Virus record (IMG/VR): IMGVR_UViG_3300020187_000119
Coordinates: 1 to 32,757 of that record
Reading direction: 5' to 3' (one strand)
DNA: 32,757 bases
From: a virus
Taxonomy: Duplodnaviria > Caudoviricetes
The notes below the pieces were generated by a model, which was given only the letters and a program-made list of their open reading frames with translations, ran no database searches and was not told the DNA's origin. Positions 1 to 8,300 of this stretch are shown here, in pieces. Position 1 is the first letter of the stretch; the number at the start of each line of letters is the position of its first letter. The translations under genes and the position numbers were made by a program.

Positions 1-117
1 TTCACTGATGAGATGGTTGTAGAAAAAATAAAAGATATAATCAAATATCACGAACTTGATCCACAGGATTTAATAGACGAAATTAGAATAGAATTTGGTT
101 TAGATGCCATGGACTAA
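1..117 (+). CDS. 3' end of a hypothetical protein truncated by the window edge
   Basis: Frame 1 is open from base 1 to TAA at 115-117 (FTDEMVVEKIKDIIKYHELDPQDLIDEIRIEFGLDAMD*), with phage-like codon usage. Confidence 0.7.
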   Translation, partial: FTDEMVVEKIKDIIKYHELDPQDLIDEIRIEFGLDAMD

Positions 118-148
118 TATATAAAATAAAAATAAAAAATAAAAATAA

Positions 149-430
149 ATGGATAATTTCGATTTAAGAAAATATTTAGCTGAAAGTAAGCTAATGGAGG
201 AAGTTACTAGATTAAAAAAAGATTTAAATGTTAATCCAAATAACTTTACAAAGTTTAAAGTAGGAGATAAGGTAACTTACAACAATAAAGAAGCTATAGT
301 TTTAGATATAAAGCCATTTATAAACCCCTATGATGGAAAATACACTTCAGATTCAATAACTATAAAATACAAAGATGTTAACGGTAATTGGAGAAAAAAA
401 GATAAAAGAAGAGCTCAAGAATTAAAATAA
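149..430 (+). CDS. Hypothetical protein, possible internal head protein (leader plus small SH3/KOW-like domain)
   Basis: A-rich upstream region. N-terminal MDNFDLRKYLAE leader. FKVGDKV..IVLDI resembles an SH3/KOW-like beta barrel. Confidence 0.65.
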   Translation: MDNFDLRKYLAESKLMEEVTRLKKDLNVNPNNFTKFKVGDKVTYNNKEAIVLDIKPFINPYDGKYTSDSITIKYKDVNGNWRKKDKRRAQELK

Positions 431-484
431 AAACATATAGACAGATTCATAGCCTGTCGCGATTAAAAAATAAACAGATATCTG

Positions 485-512
485 TGGCGTCTCATTTGGA
501 GACGCCATTCTT
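485..512 (+). terminator. Probable intrinsic terminator hairpin
   Basis: Perfect 9-bp stem TGGCGTCTC (485-493) / GAGACGCCA (499-507), loop ATTTG, followed by TTCTT (weak U-tract). Confidence 0.6.
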
Positions 513-526
513 AGTTCGTATATTAA
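495..526 (+). promoter_or_regulatory. Putative early/middle (host sigma-type) promoter
   Basis: TTTG (495-498), 20 nt, TATATTAA (519-526) resembles the Bacteroidota -33/-7 consensus TTTG-N19-21-TAnnTTTG. Shares GGA-N15-TCGTATATT with other sites in the window. Confidence 0.6.
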
Positions 527-548
527 CGTGTTAAAAATAAAAGTATAG

Positions 549-704
549 ATGGATATTGATAAAGAATTTTATTTAGTAAGAAAAAATGAAGGTAATTCAT
601 TTCAAAGATTAATGATGTTTTTTTTAGAACAAAACAAAAAACATGGTGCTAGTTTTGGAGTAGCAGGAATGTGTAACACTTTAAATAGATTTTATGGCAA
701 GTAA
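549..704 (+). CDS. Small hypothetical protein (51 aa, not in the ORF track)
   Basis: ATG at 549 to TAA at 702-704 (MDIDKEFYLVRKNEGNSFQRLMMFFLEQNKKHGASFGVAGMCNTLNRFYGK). Fills the gap after the promoter and overlaps the next start by 11 nt. Confidence 0.6.
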   Translation: MDIDKEFYLVRKNEGNSFQRLMMFFLEQNKKHGASFGVAGMCNTLNRFYGK

Positions 705-2001
705 AAATGTAGTAATGGTTGGAGCAGGAGTAGCAAATGTAAACGCTGCTACTAAGCTAATTGATAATGGGTTTGATGGTAAAATTACCATAATTGATAT
801 GGGTAAAAACCCATACGATAGAAAATATAGTGAGGTAATGGAAGGTTTCCTAGGAGCAGGAGGTTGGTCTGATGGTAAATTAACATACCATACTTCAATT
901 GGTGGTCAATTATCTAAGTATTGTGGTGAAGAAAAAGCAATGGAATTATTTGATCAGGTGATAGATAATTTTAAACGTTTCCACCCTAAACCAGAGGAAG
1001 TACAATGTTCAAATCCTATTGCAGAACCAGAATTTATTAAACCATATTTTGGATTACGTTTATTCCCAGTATGGCACGTTGGTACAGATTATTTACATGA
1101 AATAGGTAAAAATTGGTATGACTTTTTAGTAGAAGGTGGTGTGGAATTTCACTGGGAACACAAAGTAATTGATATTGATTTTGATAATCAGGAATTAATA
1201 GCTGTCTGTGAAAACCCAAAGCTATCTTTGCAATGTAAATATGATAAACTTATATTTGGTGTAGGTAAATCAGGTATTGACTTTGGTAAACAATTAGCTG
1301 AAAAATATGATTTACCAACTGAACCTAAACCAGTACAAATAGGTGTTCGATTTGAGGCACCACAAAAACACTTCCAAAAATTAATTGATGTGTCTTACGA
1401 TTTCAAATTGTACCGTAAATATGAAGATAAAGGAGTATCACTACGTTCTTTCTGTACAAACAACAATGCAGCATATGTTGCCGTAGAAGAAACATATGGA
1501 GATCATTCATATAATGGTCACGCTAAAAAAGATGAAGCATTCCGAAATGATATGACTAATTTTGGTATCTTAATGGAAGTTCAAGGTATTGAAAACCCAT
1601 TTGAATGGTCTAGAGACGTAGTTAAAAACTTACAAATAGATGGTACAGGATTATATTATAGTCCAACTCGTAAACCATCTACAACCTCTGAAGGGGTAAA
1701 TGTATCAGCTATTCAAATAGATACATTACACAAAATAGCAAAATCAATGCAACCATACTTTATGTATGTATATGATTTTATTGAGGACATGAAAAAAGTG
1801 TTCCCAACATTAAAAGACGATTGGGGTATTTATGTACCTGAAGTAAAATATCTATCACCTGAGCCACTTGTCGATTATACCAATTTAGCACTCACCAAGT
1901 ATCCTAACGTACACTTCGTAGGCGATGCTTTATCAGCTAGAGGTATAACGGTAAGTGGTGCACAAGGGACTTATGTTGCAGAACATATATTAAAAAATTA
2001 G
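694..2001 (+). CDS. FAD-dependent oxidoreductase/dehydrogenase (COG2509-like)
   Basis: N-terminal Rossmann motif VVMVGAGVAN, GFLGAGGWSDGKL (cf. GxGGAGxxSDGKL), IGVRFE, RSFC, and C-terminal HFVGD..RGI FAD-binding motif. Confidence 0.85.
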   Translation: MASKNVVMVGAGVANVNAATKLIDNGFDGKITIIDMGKNPYDRKYSEVMEGFLGAGGWSDGKLTYHTSIGGQLSKYCGEEKAMELFDQVIDNFKRFHPKPEEVQCSNPIAEPEFIKPYFGLRLFPVWHVGTDYLHEIGKNWYDFLVEGGVEFHWEHKVIDIDFDNQELIAVCENPKLSLQCKYDKLIFGVGKSGIDFGKQLAEKYDLPTEPKPVQIGVRFEAPQKHFQKLIDVSYDFKLYRKYEDKGVSLRSFCTNNNAAYVAVEETYGDHSYNGHAKKDEAFRNDMTNFGILMEVQGIENPFEWSRDVVKNLQIDGTGLYYSPTRKPSTTSEGVNVSAIQIDTLHKIAKSMQPYFMYVYDFIEDMKKVFPTLKDDWGIYVPEVKYLSPEPLVDYTNLALTKYPNVHFVGDALSARGITVSGAQGTYVAEHILKN

Positions 2002-2029
2002 GATAACGCGTATAAATTTCGTATATTTA
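1998..2029 (+). promoter_or_regulatory. Putative early/middle promoter
   Basis: TTAG (1998-2001), 20 nt, TATATTTA (2022-2029). GGA-N15-TCGTATATT with the same spacing as the site at 495-526. Confidence 0.6.
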
Positions 2030-2046
2030 CGATAAATAATAATATT

Positions 2047-2313
2047 ATGGCTAAAGTAGAAAAAACACCATTTCCACAAAGTAAAAAATTAAAGAAAGCA
2101 GACGGTACTATTGCATACGTTTGGGACGGAAAACTTCATAATTGGGAGGGACATGCTTTAATTCCTGAGGGTAATGAAAGAAAGGGAGAATATCATTTAT
2201 ACGGTATCCAACATACTAAAGAGGAATGGAGTGAAATTAGACAACAAAGAGAGGGTTTACCCTATTATAAAAACCAATCAATGAAAGCATCACTTTCAGA
2301 TTATAGAAACTAA
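2047..2313 (+). CDS. Hypothetical protein
   Basis: 88-aa ORF containing GKLHNWEGHA, similar to the GKLHRxDGPA repeat unit seen in phage proteins. Confidence 0.75.
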   Translation: MAKVEKTPFPQSKKLKKADGTIAYVWDGKLHNWEGHALIPEGNERKGEYHLYGIQHTKEEWSEIRQQREGLPYYKNQSMKASLSDYRN

Positions 2314-2316
2314 AAT

Positions 2317-2847
2317 ATGAAAATAGGTTTATGTGGTACAATGAGTGTAGGTAAAACTACATTAGTAAATGCTTTAAAAGAGTTAGATCAATTTAAGGAT
2401 TATAAATTTGCAACTGAACGTAGCCAACATTTAATGTCATTAGGTATTCCTTTAAATACAGATTCAACATTAAAGGGACAAACCGTGTTTTTAGCTGAAC
2501 GTTGTGGTGAATTAATGCATGATAACATAATTACAGATAGAACTATACTTGATGTAATGGCATTTACTTTAAATGCTAAATCAATACCACATCAAGATAA
2601 AGAAGCATTTGAAACTTATGCTAGTGAATTCATTAGAGAGTACGATCACATATTTTATATATCTCCTTATGGTATAGAGATTGAAGATAATGGTATACGT
2701 GAAACAGATGAACATTATAGAGATTTAATTGATTTTACAATTACAACATTAATTAAAAGACATGGCCACAAAGCAGGTAAAATAAATAAATTGTCTGGTT
2801 CTACAGAGGAACGAATATTACAAATATTACATTTCCTACAATCTTAA
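2317..2847 (+). CDS. P-loop nucleoside/nucleotide kinase-like protein (NadR/Ttd14 AAA_28-like)
   Basis: N-terminal Walker A GTMSVGKTT, ITDRT motif typical of NMP/deoxynucleoside kinase folds, YDHIFY strand and EDNGIR lid. Confidence 0.8.
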   Translation: MKIGLCGTMSVGKTTLVNALKELDQFKDYKFATERSQHLMSLGIPLNTDSTLKGQTVFLAERCGELMHDNIITDRTILDVMAFTLNAKSIPHQDKEAFETYASEFIREYDHIFYISPYGIEIEDNGIRETDEHYRDLIDFTITTLIKRHGHKAGKINKLSGSTEERILQILHFLQS

Positions 2848-2848
2848 C

Positions 2849-2858
2849 ATATTTATAA
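2849..2858 (+). promoter_or_regulatory. Putative late promoter ATATTTATAA
   Basis: Exact copy of the recurrent intergenic motif, 15 nt before ATG 2874. Confidence 0.7.
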
Positions 2859-2873
2859 TAAAATACCTTTATA

Positions 2874-3242
2874 ATGAAAAAATCCGAATTAAAAAAGTAT
2901 ATTAGAGAAAATATAATCTCTACATTATCTGAAGATACTGAAGCAGAAATTGAAAAAACTAAAGAATTAACTTCCGCTATTAAAGATTTAGAAACAGCTA
3001 AAAAAGAAGCAGGTATAGAAGAAGGTGAAGATACAGAACCATCTAAATCTGATATTAAAAAAACTAAAGGCTTAGCCAAAGCAAAAGAAGAATTAGCTTT
3101 ATTAACTCGTGAGATGAAATCATTGGCTAAAAAGTATTCTAAAGCTGAAGGTGCTGATAAAGAAAAATTAGTTAAAATCTTAAAAGATAAAACTAAATTA
3201 AAAAAAGAACTAGAAAGTATTCTAGATAATAAGAAGATATAA
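2874..3242 (+). CDS. Lys/Glu-rich hypothetical protein, possible internal head protein
   Basis: Highly charged, coiled-coil-like. N-terminus MKKSELKKYIRE ends in IxE. Sits downstream of a late motif. Confidence 0.7.
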   Translation: MKKSELKKYIRENIISTLSEDTEAEIEKTKELTSAIKDLETAKKEAGIEEGEDTEPSKSDIKKTKGLAKAKEELALLTREMKSLAKKYSKAEGADKEKLVKILKDKTKLKKELESILDNKKI

Positions 3243-3625
3243 TGTCATCTAAAGAAAGGTTTTTATATTTCGCCATAGTATTTTTTGGTGTCTATTATTT
3301 AGTTAATATGTACTCCTCAAATGAGGAAGAATACATTACTGAATATAACAGTAAAATAGAAGCCTTAAATGATAAAATAAATTCTTTACATAGTATTAAT
3401 AAAAATCTAACATCCGAAATTGGTGTATTAACCACACAAATATCAGTATTAGACCAAGAAATTAGTAAGCAAGATAGCAAAATAGTTATATTAAAAAAAC
3501 AAACAGATGAGAAAGTTAATAATGTTGATTCTTATAGGGATGATGAGCTTGAACAGTTTTTCACAGAACGTTATAGACAGTACCTCGATTCGATTACAAA
3601 AACCGATAGTCCGTCTAGTAATTAA
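3242..3625 (+). CDS. Membrane-anchored coiled-coil protein, putative i-spanin-like
   Basis: N-terminal TM segment (FLYFAIVFFGVYYLV) followed by a long heptad coiled coil. Overlaps the next ORF by 119 nt. Confidence 0.55.
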   Translation: MSSKERFLYFAIVFFGVYYLVNMYSSNEEEYITEYNSKIEALNDKINSLHSINKNLTSEIGVLTTQISVLDQEISKQDSKIVILKKQTDEKVNNVDSYRDDELEQFFTERYRQYLDSITKTDSPSSN

Positions 3626-3911
3626 GGATTTAATAATTGGAGATAGTTTTAAAAAAGAACTAAGTTTAATAACAACAAAATATTCTTTGCTGGAAAATAA
3701 GGTAGTATTAAAGGATAGTGTTATTAATAATCTTAACTTTCAAATAAGTAATTTTAATTCTATATTATCAACTAAAGGATCTCAATTAGAATTTACTAAA
3801 CAATTAAACGATAAGTTAAGACTTGAAATTAAAAAACAAAGGCTTAAAAATAAAATTTTAGGTGGTGCGGGTTTAGTAGCAATAGGTGGGGCAATACTTA
3901 TATTAAAATAA
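3507..3911 (+). CDS. Secreted/membrane coiled-coil protein, putative spanin partner
   Basis: Signal-peptide-like N-terminus (MRKLIMLILIGMMSLNSFS|Q), coiled coil, and C-terminal hydrophobic segment (ILGGAGLVAIGGAILIL). Ends 4 nt before the terminase start. Confidence 0.55.
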   Translation: MRKLIMLILIGMMSLNSFSQNVIDSTSIRLQKPIVRLVIKDLIIGDSFKKELSLITTKYSLLENKVVLKDSVINNLNFQISNFNSILSTKGSQLEFTKQLNDKLRLEIKKQRLKNKILGGAGLVAIGGAILILK

Positions 3912-3915
3912 CTGC

Positions 3916-5487
3916 ATGTCAGATTTAAAAAAAGTTATACGTCAAGAATATCTTAGATGTGCTAAGGACCCAGTACATTTTATGCGTAAATACTGTTATA
4001 TACAGCATCCACAACGTGGCCGCATACAGTTCAACCTGTACCCATTTCAAGAAAAAGTATTAACGTTATTTCAAAACAATGACTATAGTGCCATATTAAA
4101 ATCTAGGCAATTAGGTATATCTACTTTAGCAGCAGGTTATTCATTATGGTTAATGACATTTCATAAAGATCGGAATGTATTAGCACTAGCAACTACACAA
4201 GCAACAGCAAGAAATTTAGTAACAAAAGTACAATTCATGTGGGAGAATTTACCCTCATGGCTTAAAGTAGATTCTGCTGAAAACAATAAATTATCATTAA
4301 GGTTAATTAATGGTTCAAAAATACAAGCCAAATCTTCTAATGCCGATGCTGCACGTTCAGAAGCAGTATCTTTACTAATTATTGATGAAGCAGCTTTTAT
4401 TGATAATATTGCTGAAACATGGGCATCAGCACAACAAACCCTAGCAACAGGTGGTGGTGCTATTGTATTATCAACCCCTTATGGTACTGGTAATTGGTTT
4501 CATCAAACATGGGTTAAAGCTGAACAGGGTGAAAATGAATTTTTACCTATTAAACTTCCCTGGTATGTTCATCCTGAACGTGACCAAAAATGGAGGGATG
4601 CACAAGATTCATTATTAGGTGATCCTAGACTGGCGGCACAAGAATGTGATTGCGATTTTAGTACCTCAGGTGATATAGTATTTTATAACGAATATTTGGA
4701 ATATTACGAAAAAACTTACATTAAAGACCCTTTAGAACGTAGAGGAGCTGATCAAAACTTATGGGTTTGGGAAAACGCAGATTATACTAGGTCCTATATG
4801 GTAGTAGCTGATGTTGCTCGTGGTGATGGAAAAGATTTTTCTACTTGTCATGTAATGGATGTTGAAACCAATGTTCAGGTAGCAGAATATAAAGGACAAA
4901 TTGGAACAAAAGAATTTGGTCATTTATTAGTAGGTCTAGCTACAGAATACAATGAAGCATTACTTGTAATAGAAAATGCTAATATAGGATGGGCAACCAT
5001 ACAAGTAGCTATTGATAGACAATATTCTAATCTTTACTATTCACAAAAGAGTGGAGAGGCCAATGCTAATTCGTATTTTGACAAATATCAAGATCACTCA
5101 AAAATGGTAGCTGGTTTTACTATGTCATCTAGAACACGCCCTATGATAATAGGTAAGTTCCAAGAATATATAGCAGATAAAGGTGTAACAATTCATTCAA
5201 AGAGGTTAGTTGAAGAAATGAAGGTGTTTATTTGGAAAAATGGTAGAGCGGAAGCACAAACAGGTTATAACGATGATTTAGTTATAGCATTTGGTACGGC
5301 AATGTATATTAGAGACACAGCCCTTAAATTTAGACAAAGGGGAATTGATATTACAAAACAGTCAATAAATAATATGACTGTTAATAGAACACCATATCAG
5401 GGGAGTTATGGTAGTAACCAAAATGTAAAAAATCCATACGAAATTAACACCCCAGATGGAAAAGAGAATATTAGTTGGTTATTATGA
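3916..5487 (+). CDS. terL: Terminase large subunit (T4 gp17-like)
   Basis: Adenine-binding LYPFQ, Walker A KSRQLGIST, Walker B LLIIDEAAF, motif III STPYG, and nuclease residues ADVARG..D and NDDLV. Confidence 0.97.
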   Translation: MSDLKKVIRQEYLRCAKDPVHFMRKYCYIQHPQRGRIQFNLYPFQEKVLTLFQNNDYSAILKSRQLGISTLAAGYSLWLMTFHKDRNVLALATTQATARNLVTKVQFMWENLPSWLKVDSAENNKLSLRLINGSKIQAKSSNADAARSEAVSLLIIDEAAFIDNIAETWASAQQTLATGGGAIVLSTPYGTGNWFHQTWVKAEQGENEFLPIKLPWYVHPERDQKWRDAQDSLLGDPRLAAQECDCDFSTSGDIVFYNEYLEYYEKTYIKDPLERRGADQNLWVWENADYTRSYMVVADVARGDGKDFSTCHVMDVETNVQVAEYKGQIGTKEFGHLLVGLATEYNEALLVIENANIGWATIQVAIDRQYSNLYYSQKSGEANANSYFDKYQDHSKMVAGFTMSSRTRPMIIGKFQEYIADKGVTIHSKRLVEEMKVFIWKNGRAEAQTGYNDDLVIAFGTAMYIRDTALKFRQRGIDITKQSINNMTVNRTPYQGSYGSNQNVKNPYEINTPDGKENISWLL

Positions 5488-5489
5488 CC

Positions 5490-5499
5490 ATATTTATAA
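5490..5499 (+). promoter_or_regulatory. Putative late promoter ATATTTATAA
   Basis: Exact motif 17 nt before the portal ATG. Confidence 0.7.
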
Positions 5500-5516
5500 C
5501 AATAATTATATATTAG

Positions 5517-7412
5517 ATGGCAGACACAAGTGTATTTACAAGATTAAGAAGATTATTTTCTACAGATGTAGTAATAAGAAACGTTGGTGGTGACCAAGTT
5601 AAAACTATAGATTCGGGTCATATTCAATCTAGTGGTGAATATGAAACTAATGCGTTGGTAGACAGATTTAATAAAGTTTACTCTTCTGCCCCAACCTCAT
5701 TATATGGGGCACAATTCAACTTAAATTACCAATATTTAAGAACACAGTTATATTCTGAATATGACGTAATGGATCAAGATGCTATCATAGCTTCCTCTTT
5801 AGACATTATAGCGGATGAATCAACCTTAAAAAATGATATGGGCGAAGTACTTCAAATTAGAAGTTCTAATGAGGATGTACAAAAAATCCTTTATAATTTA
5901 TTTTATGATGTATTAAATGTAGAATTTAACCTATGGATGTGGGTTAGACAAATGTGTAAGTATGGTGATTTTTTCTTAAAGTTAGAAATAGCAGAAAAGT
6001 TTGGTGTTTATAATGTAATACCTTATACTGCGTATCATATTGAAAGAATTGAAGGGTATAATCCAGAAAACCCATCTGAAGTTAAGTTTAAATGGAACCC
6101 TGAAGGTTTTTCTGGTGGTTCATCTAGTGGTTATTATAATGTAGCGGGGGCTAATGGTGACTATGATGATAGGACTGGAATTACATATGACAACTATGAA
6201 ATGGCTCACTTTAGAATGGTAGGGGATGTTAATTATTTACCTTATGGTAGATCTTATATTGAACCCGCTAGAAAATTATTTAAACAATATACATTAATGG
6301 AAGACGCGATGTTAATTCACAGAATTGCTCGTGCACCAGAAAAAAGAGTATTTTATGTAAATGTTGGAGCTATTCCACCAAATGAAGTTGAAGCATTTAT
6401 GCAGAAAACTATCAATAATATGAAACGTACTCCAATGATGGATGAAAAAACAGGTGAGTATAACTTAAAGTATAACATGCAAAATATGCTTGAAGATTTT
6501 TATATTCCTGTTCGTGGTAATGATAGTGCAACAAAAATTGAAACAACACCCGGTTTACAATATGATGGCATTTCGGATGTTGAATACTTAAGAGAAAAAT
6601 TGTTTGCCGCTTTAAAAGTACCAAAGGCATTTATGGGTTATGATGAAAATACAGAGGGTAAAGCAACTCTAGCAGCCCAAGATATTAGATTTGCCCGTAC
6701 AATTGATAGAATACAAAGAATTTTACTTTCTGAATTACAAAAAATTGCATTGGTGCATTTATACACCCAAGGGTATAAAGATGAATCCTTAACTAATTTT
6801 GAATTATCAATGACAACTCCTTCTATCATTTATGATCAGGAAAGAATTGAATTGTTAAAGTCTAAATCTGAATTAGCAGGTACATTGTTAGAACAAGGTT
6901 TAGTACCATCTGATTGGATTTACCACAATGTTTATCACTTTAGTGAAGACCAATATGATGAATACAGAGATATGGTTCGAGAAGATTCAAAACGCAAATT
7001 CAGAAATGCTCAAATTGAATCAGAGGGTAATGACCCTATATCATCTGGTAAATCATATGGTACTCCTCACGATTTAGCTTCATTATATGGTAAAGGAAGA
7101 ACAATGTCTGATCCAGGTAATGTACCTGATGGTTATAGCGATGACTTAAAATTAGGGAGACCAAAAGATGGTATTACTAATAGGGGTAAACAAGAAAATA
7201 ACTTTGGTAAAGACCCATTAGGAGTTAAACGTATGAAAGATACGGACAAAAACGACGGAAAAAATAAACCAAGACTTTCTGAGTTTGAAGACCCTAAGAT
7301 TACTTTTTTAAAGAATAAAGATATCTTTAATAAAATTAATGAAAAACAGTTAATTTTTGAACAAGATAAAGATACTTCTTCTTTACTTGATGAATCTCAA
7401 CTAAAATCCTAA
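5517..7412 (+). CDS. Portal protein (T4 gp20-like)
   Basis: YGRSYIEPARK..LMEDAMLIHRIARAPEKRVFYVNVG, MLEDFYIPVRG, ALKVPKAF and DIRFARTI match gp20 signatures. Follows terL. Confidence 0.96.
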   Translation: MADTSVFTRLRRLFSTDVVIRNVGGDQVKTIDSGHIQSSGEYETNALVDRFNKVYSSAPTSLYGAQFNLNYQYLRTQLYSEYDVMDQDAIIASSLDIIADESTLKNDMGEVLQIRSSNEDVQKILYNLFYDVLNVEFNLWMWVRQMCKYGDFFLKLEIAEKFGVYNVIPYTAYHIERIEGYNPENPSEVKFKWNPEGFSGGSSSGYYNVAGANGDYDDRTGITYDNYEMAHFRMVGDVNYLPYGRSYIEPARKLFKQYTLMEDAMLIHRIARAPEKRVFYVNVGAIPPNEVEAFMQKTINNMKRTPMMDEKTGEYNLKYNMQNMLEDFYIPVRGNDSATKIETTPGLQYDGISDVEYLREKLFAALKVPKAFMGYDENTEGKATLAAQDIRFARTIDRIQRILLSELQKIALVHLYTQGYKDESLTNFELSMTTPSIIYDQERIELLKSKSELAGTLLEQGLVPSDWIYHNVYHFSEDQYDEYRDMVREDSKRKFRNAQIESEGNDPISSGKSYGTPHDLASLYGKGRTMSDPGNVPDGYSDDLKLGRPKDGITNRGKQENNFGKDPLGVKRMKDTDKNDGKNKPRLSEFEDPKITFLKNKDIFNKINEKQLIFEQDKDTSSLLDESQLKS

Positions 7413-7421
7413 TATTTATAA
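7412..7421 (+). promoter_or_regulatory. Putative late promoter ATATTTATAA
   Basis: Exact motif. Here it forms the palindrome TATTTATAAATA (7413-7424), which also contains the T4 late box TATAAATA. Confidence 0.7.
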
Positions 7422-7433
7422 ATAAATATATTT

Positions 7434-8300
7434 TTGATGAAAATTAAACACTCAAAGTATAAAAACACCGGTATATTATTTGAACTATTAGTTAGACAAA
7501 TAACCGCTGATACTCTTTCGGGGAATGAATCTGCCGCTATAAATCTTTTAAAAAAGTATTTTGTTAAAACGGAATTAGGCCGCGAATATAAATTATACGA
7601 AGCTATTAGTAAATCTTCTATGTTAAGTGAAACAAAGGCAGGTTTGTATATAACTACTACATTAGACAGTTCAAAACATTTTAATAGAGGTATACTTAAA
7701 AAACAAAAGTATAACTTAATTAACGAAATTAAAGAACATTATGATTTAAATACTTTCTTTGGTGCTAAAATCAAAAATTATAAAGAAATAGCAGCTTTAT
7801 ATACTTTAATAGAAGGGATAAATACAAAGGGTTTAGTAGACAATAAACAATTAATTGAAAATAAGATTACATTGTTAGAGTTTCTAACTAGATCCAAAAT
7901 TAACCAATCTAAAAAAGACCAACTACTTGAAGAATATTCTAGTTATGATAAAGACATAAGGACATTAACTTATAAAATATTACTTGAAAAATTTAATGAC
8001 AAGTATAATTTATTAAGTAATGATCAAAAACAAGTCCTTAAAGAATTTATACACTCAGTAGATTCTACACCTGGCTTAAGGAAGTTCTATAATAATAAAA
8101 TTAAAGAGCTAAAAGAGACTTTAAATACTGAATCTTTAAATGTTAAAGATAAGGCAACACAGGTTAAAATTACTGAAGTAGCTAAATTTTTAGTAGAATT
8201 AAATAAAAGTGATAAAGTAGGTAATGATAATTTAGTTGATTTGTTACAATATTACGAATTAGTTAAAGAAATTAAAAATACTAATGGGGTACAAATATAA
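7434..8300 (+). CDS. Hypothetical head-module protein (start may be ATG 7437)
   Basis: 288-aa helical-looking ORF between portal and protease. The track start is TTG, with an in-frame ATG at 7437. Confidence 0.8.
   Translation: MMKIKHSKYKNTGILFELLVRQITADTLSGNESAAINLLKKYFVKTELGREYKLYEAISKSSMLSETKAGLYITTTLDSSKHFNRGILKKQKYNLINEIKEHYDLNTFFGAKIKNYKEIAALYTLIEGINTKGLVDNKQLIENKITLLEFLTRSKINQSKKDQLLEEYSSYDKDIRTLTYKILLEKFNDKYNLLSNDQKQVLKEFIHSVDSTPGLRKFYNNKIKELKETLNTESLNVKDKATQVKITEVAKFLVELNKSDKVGNDNLVDLLQYYELVKEIKNTNGVQI

Noticed and set aside
121-148. AAAAT-type short repeats upstream of ORF 149
   Set aside because: Low-complexity A-rich translation initiation region rather than a distinct repeat element.
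440-475. Firm call of a preQ1-I riboswitch
   Set aside because: The shape is similar, but the pseudoknot-forming tail and full loop consensus are missing and no queuosine gene is recognisable downstream. Kept only as an alternative hypothesis.
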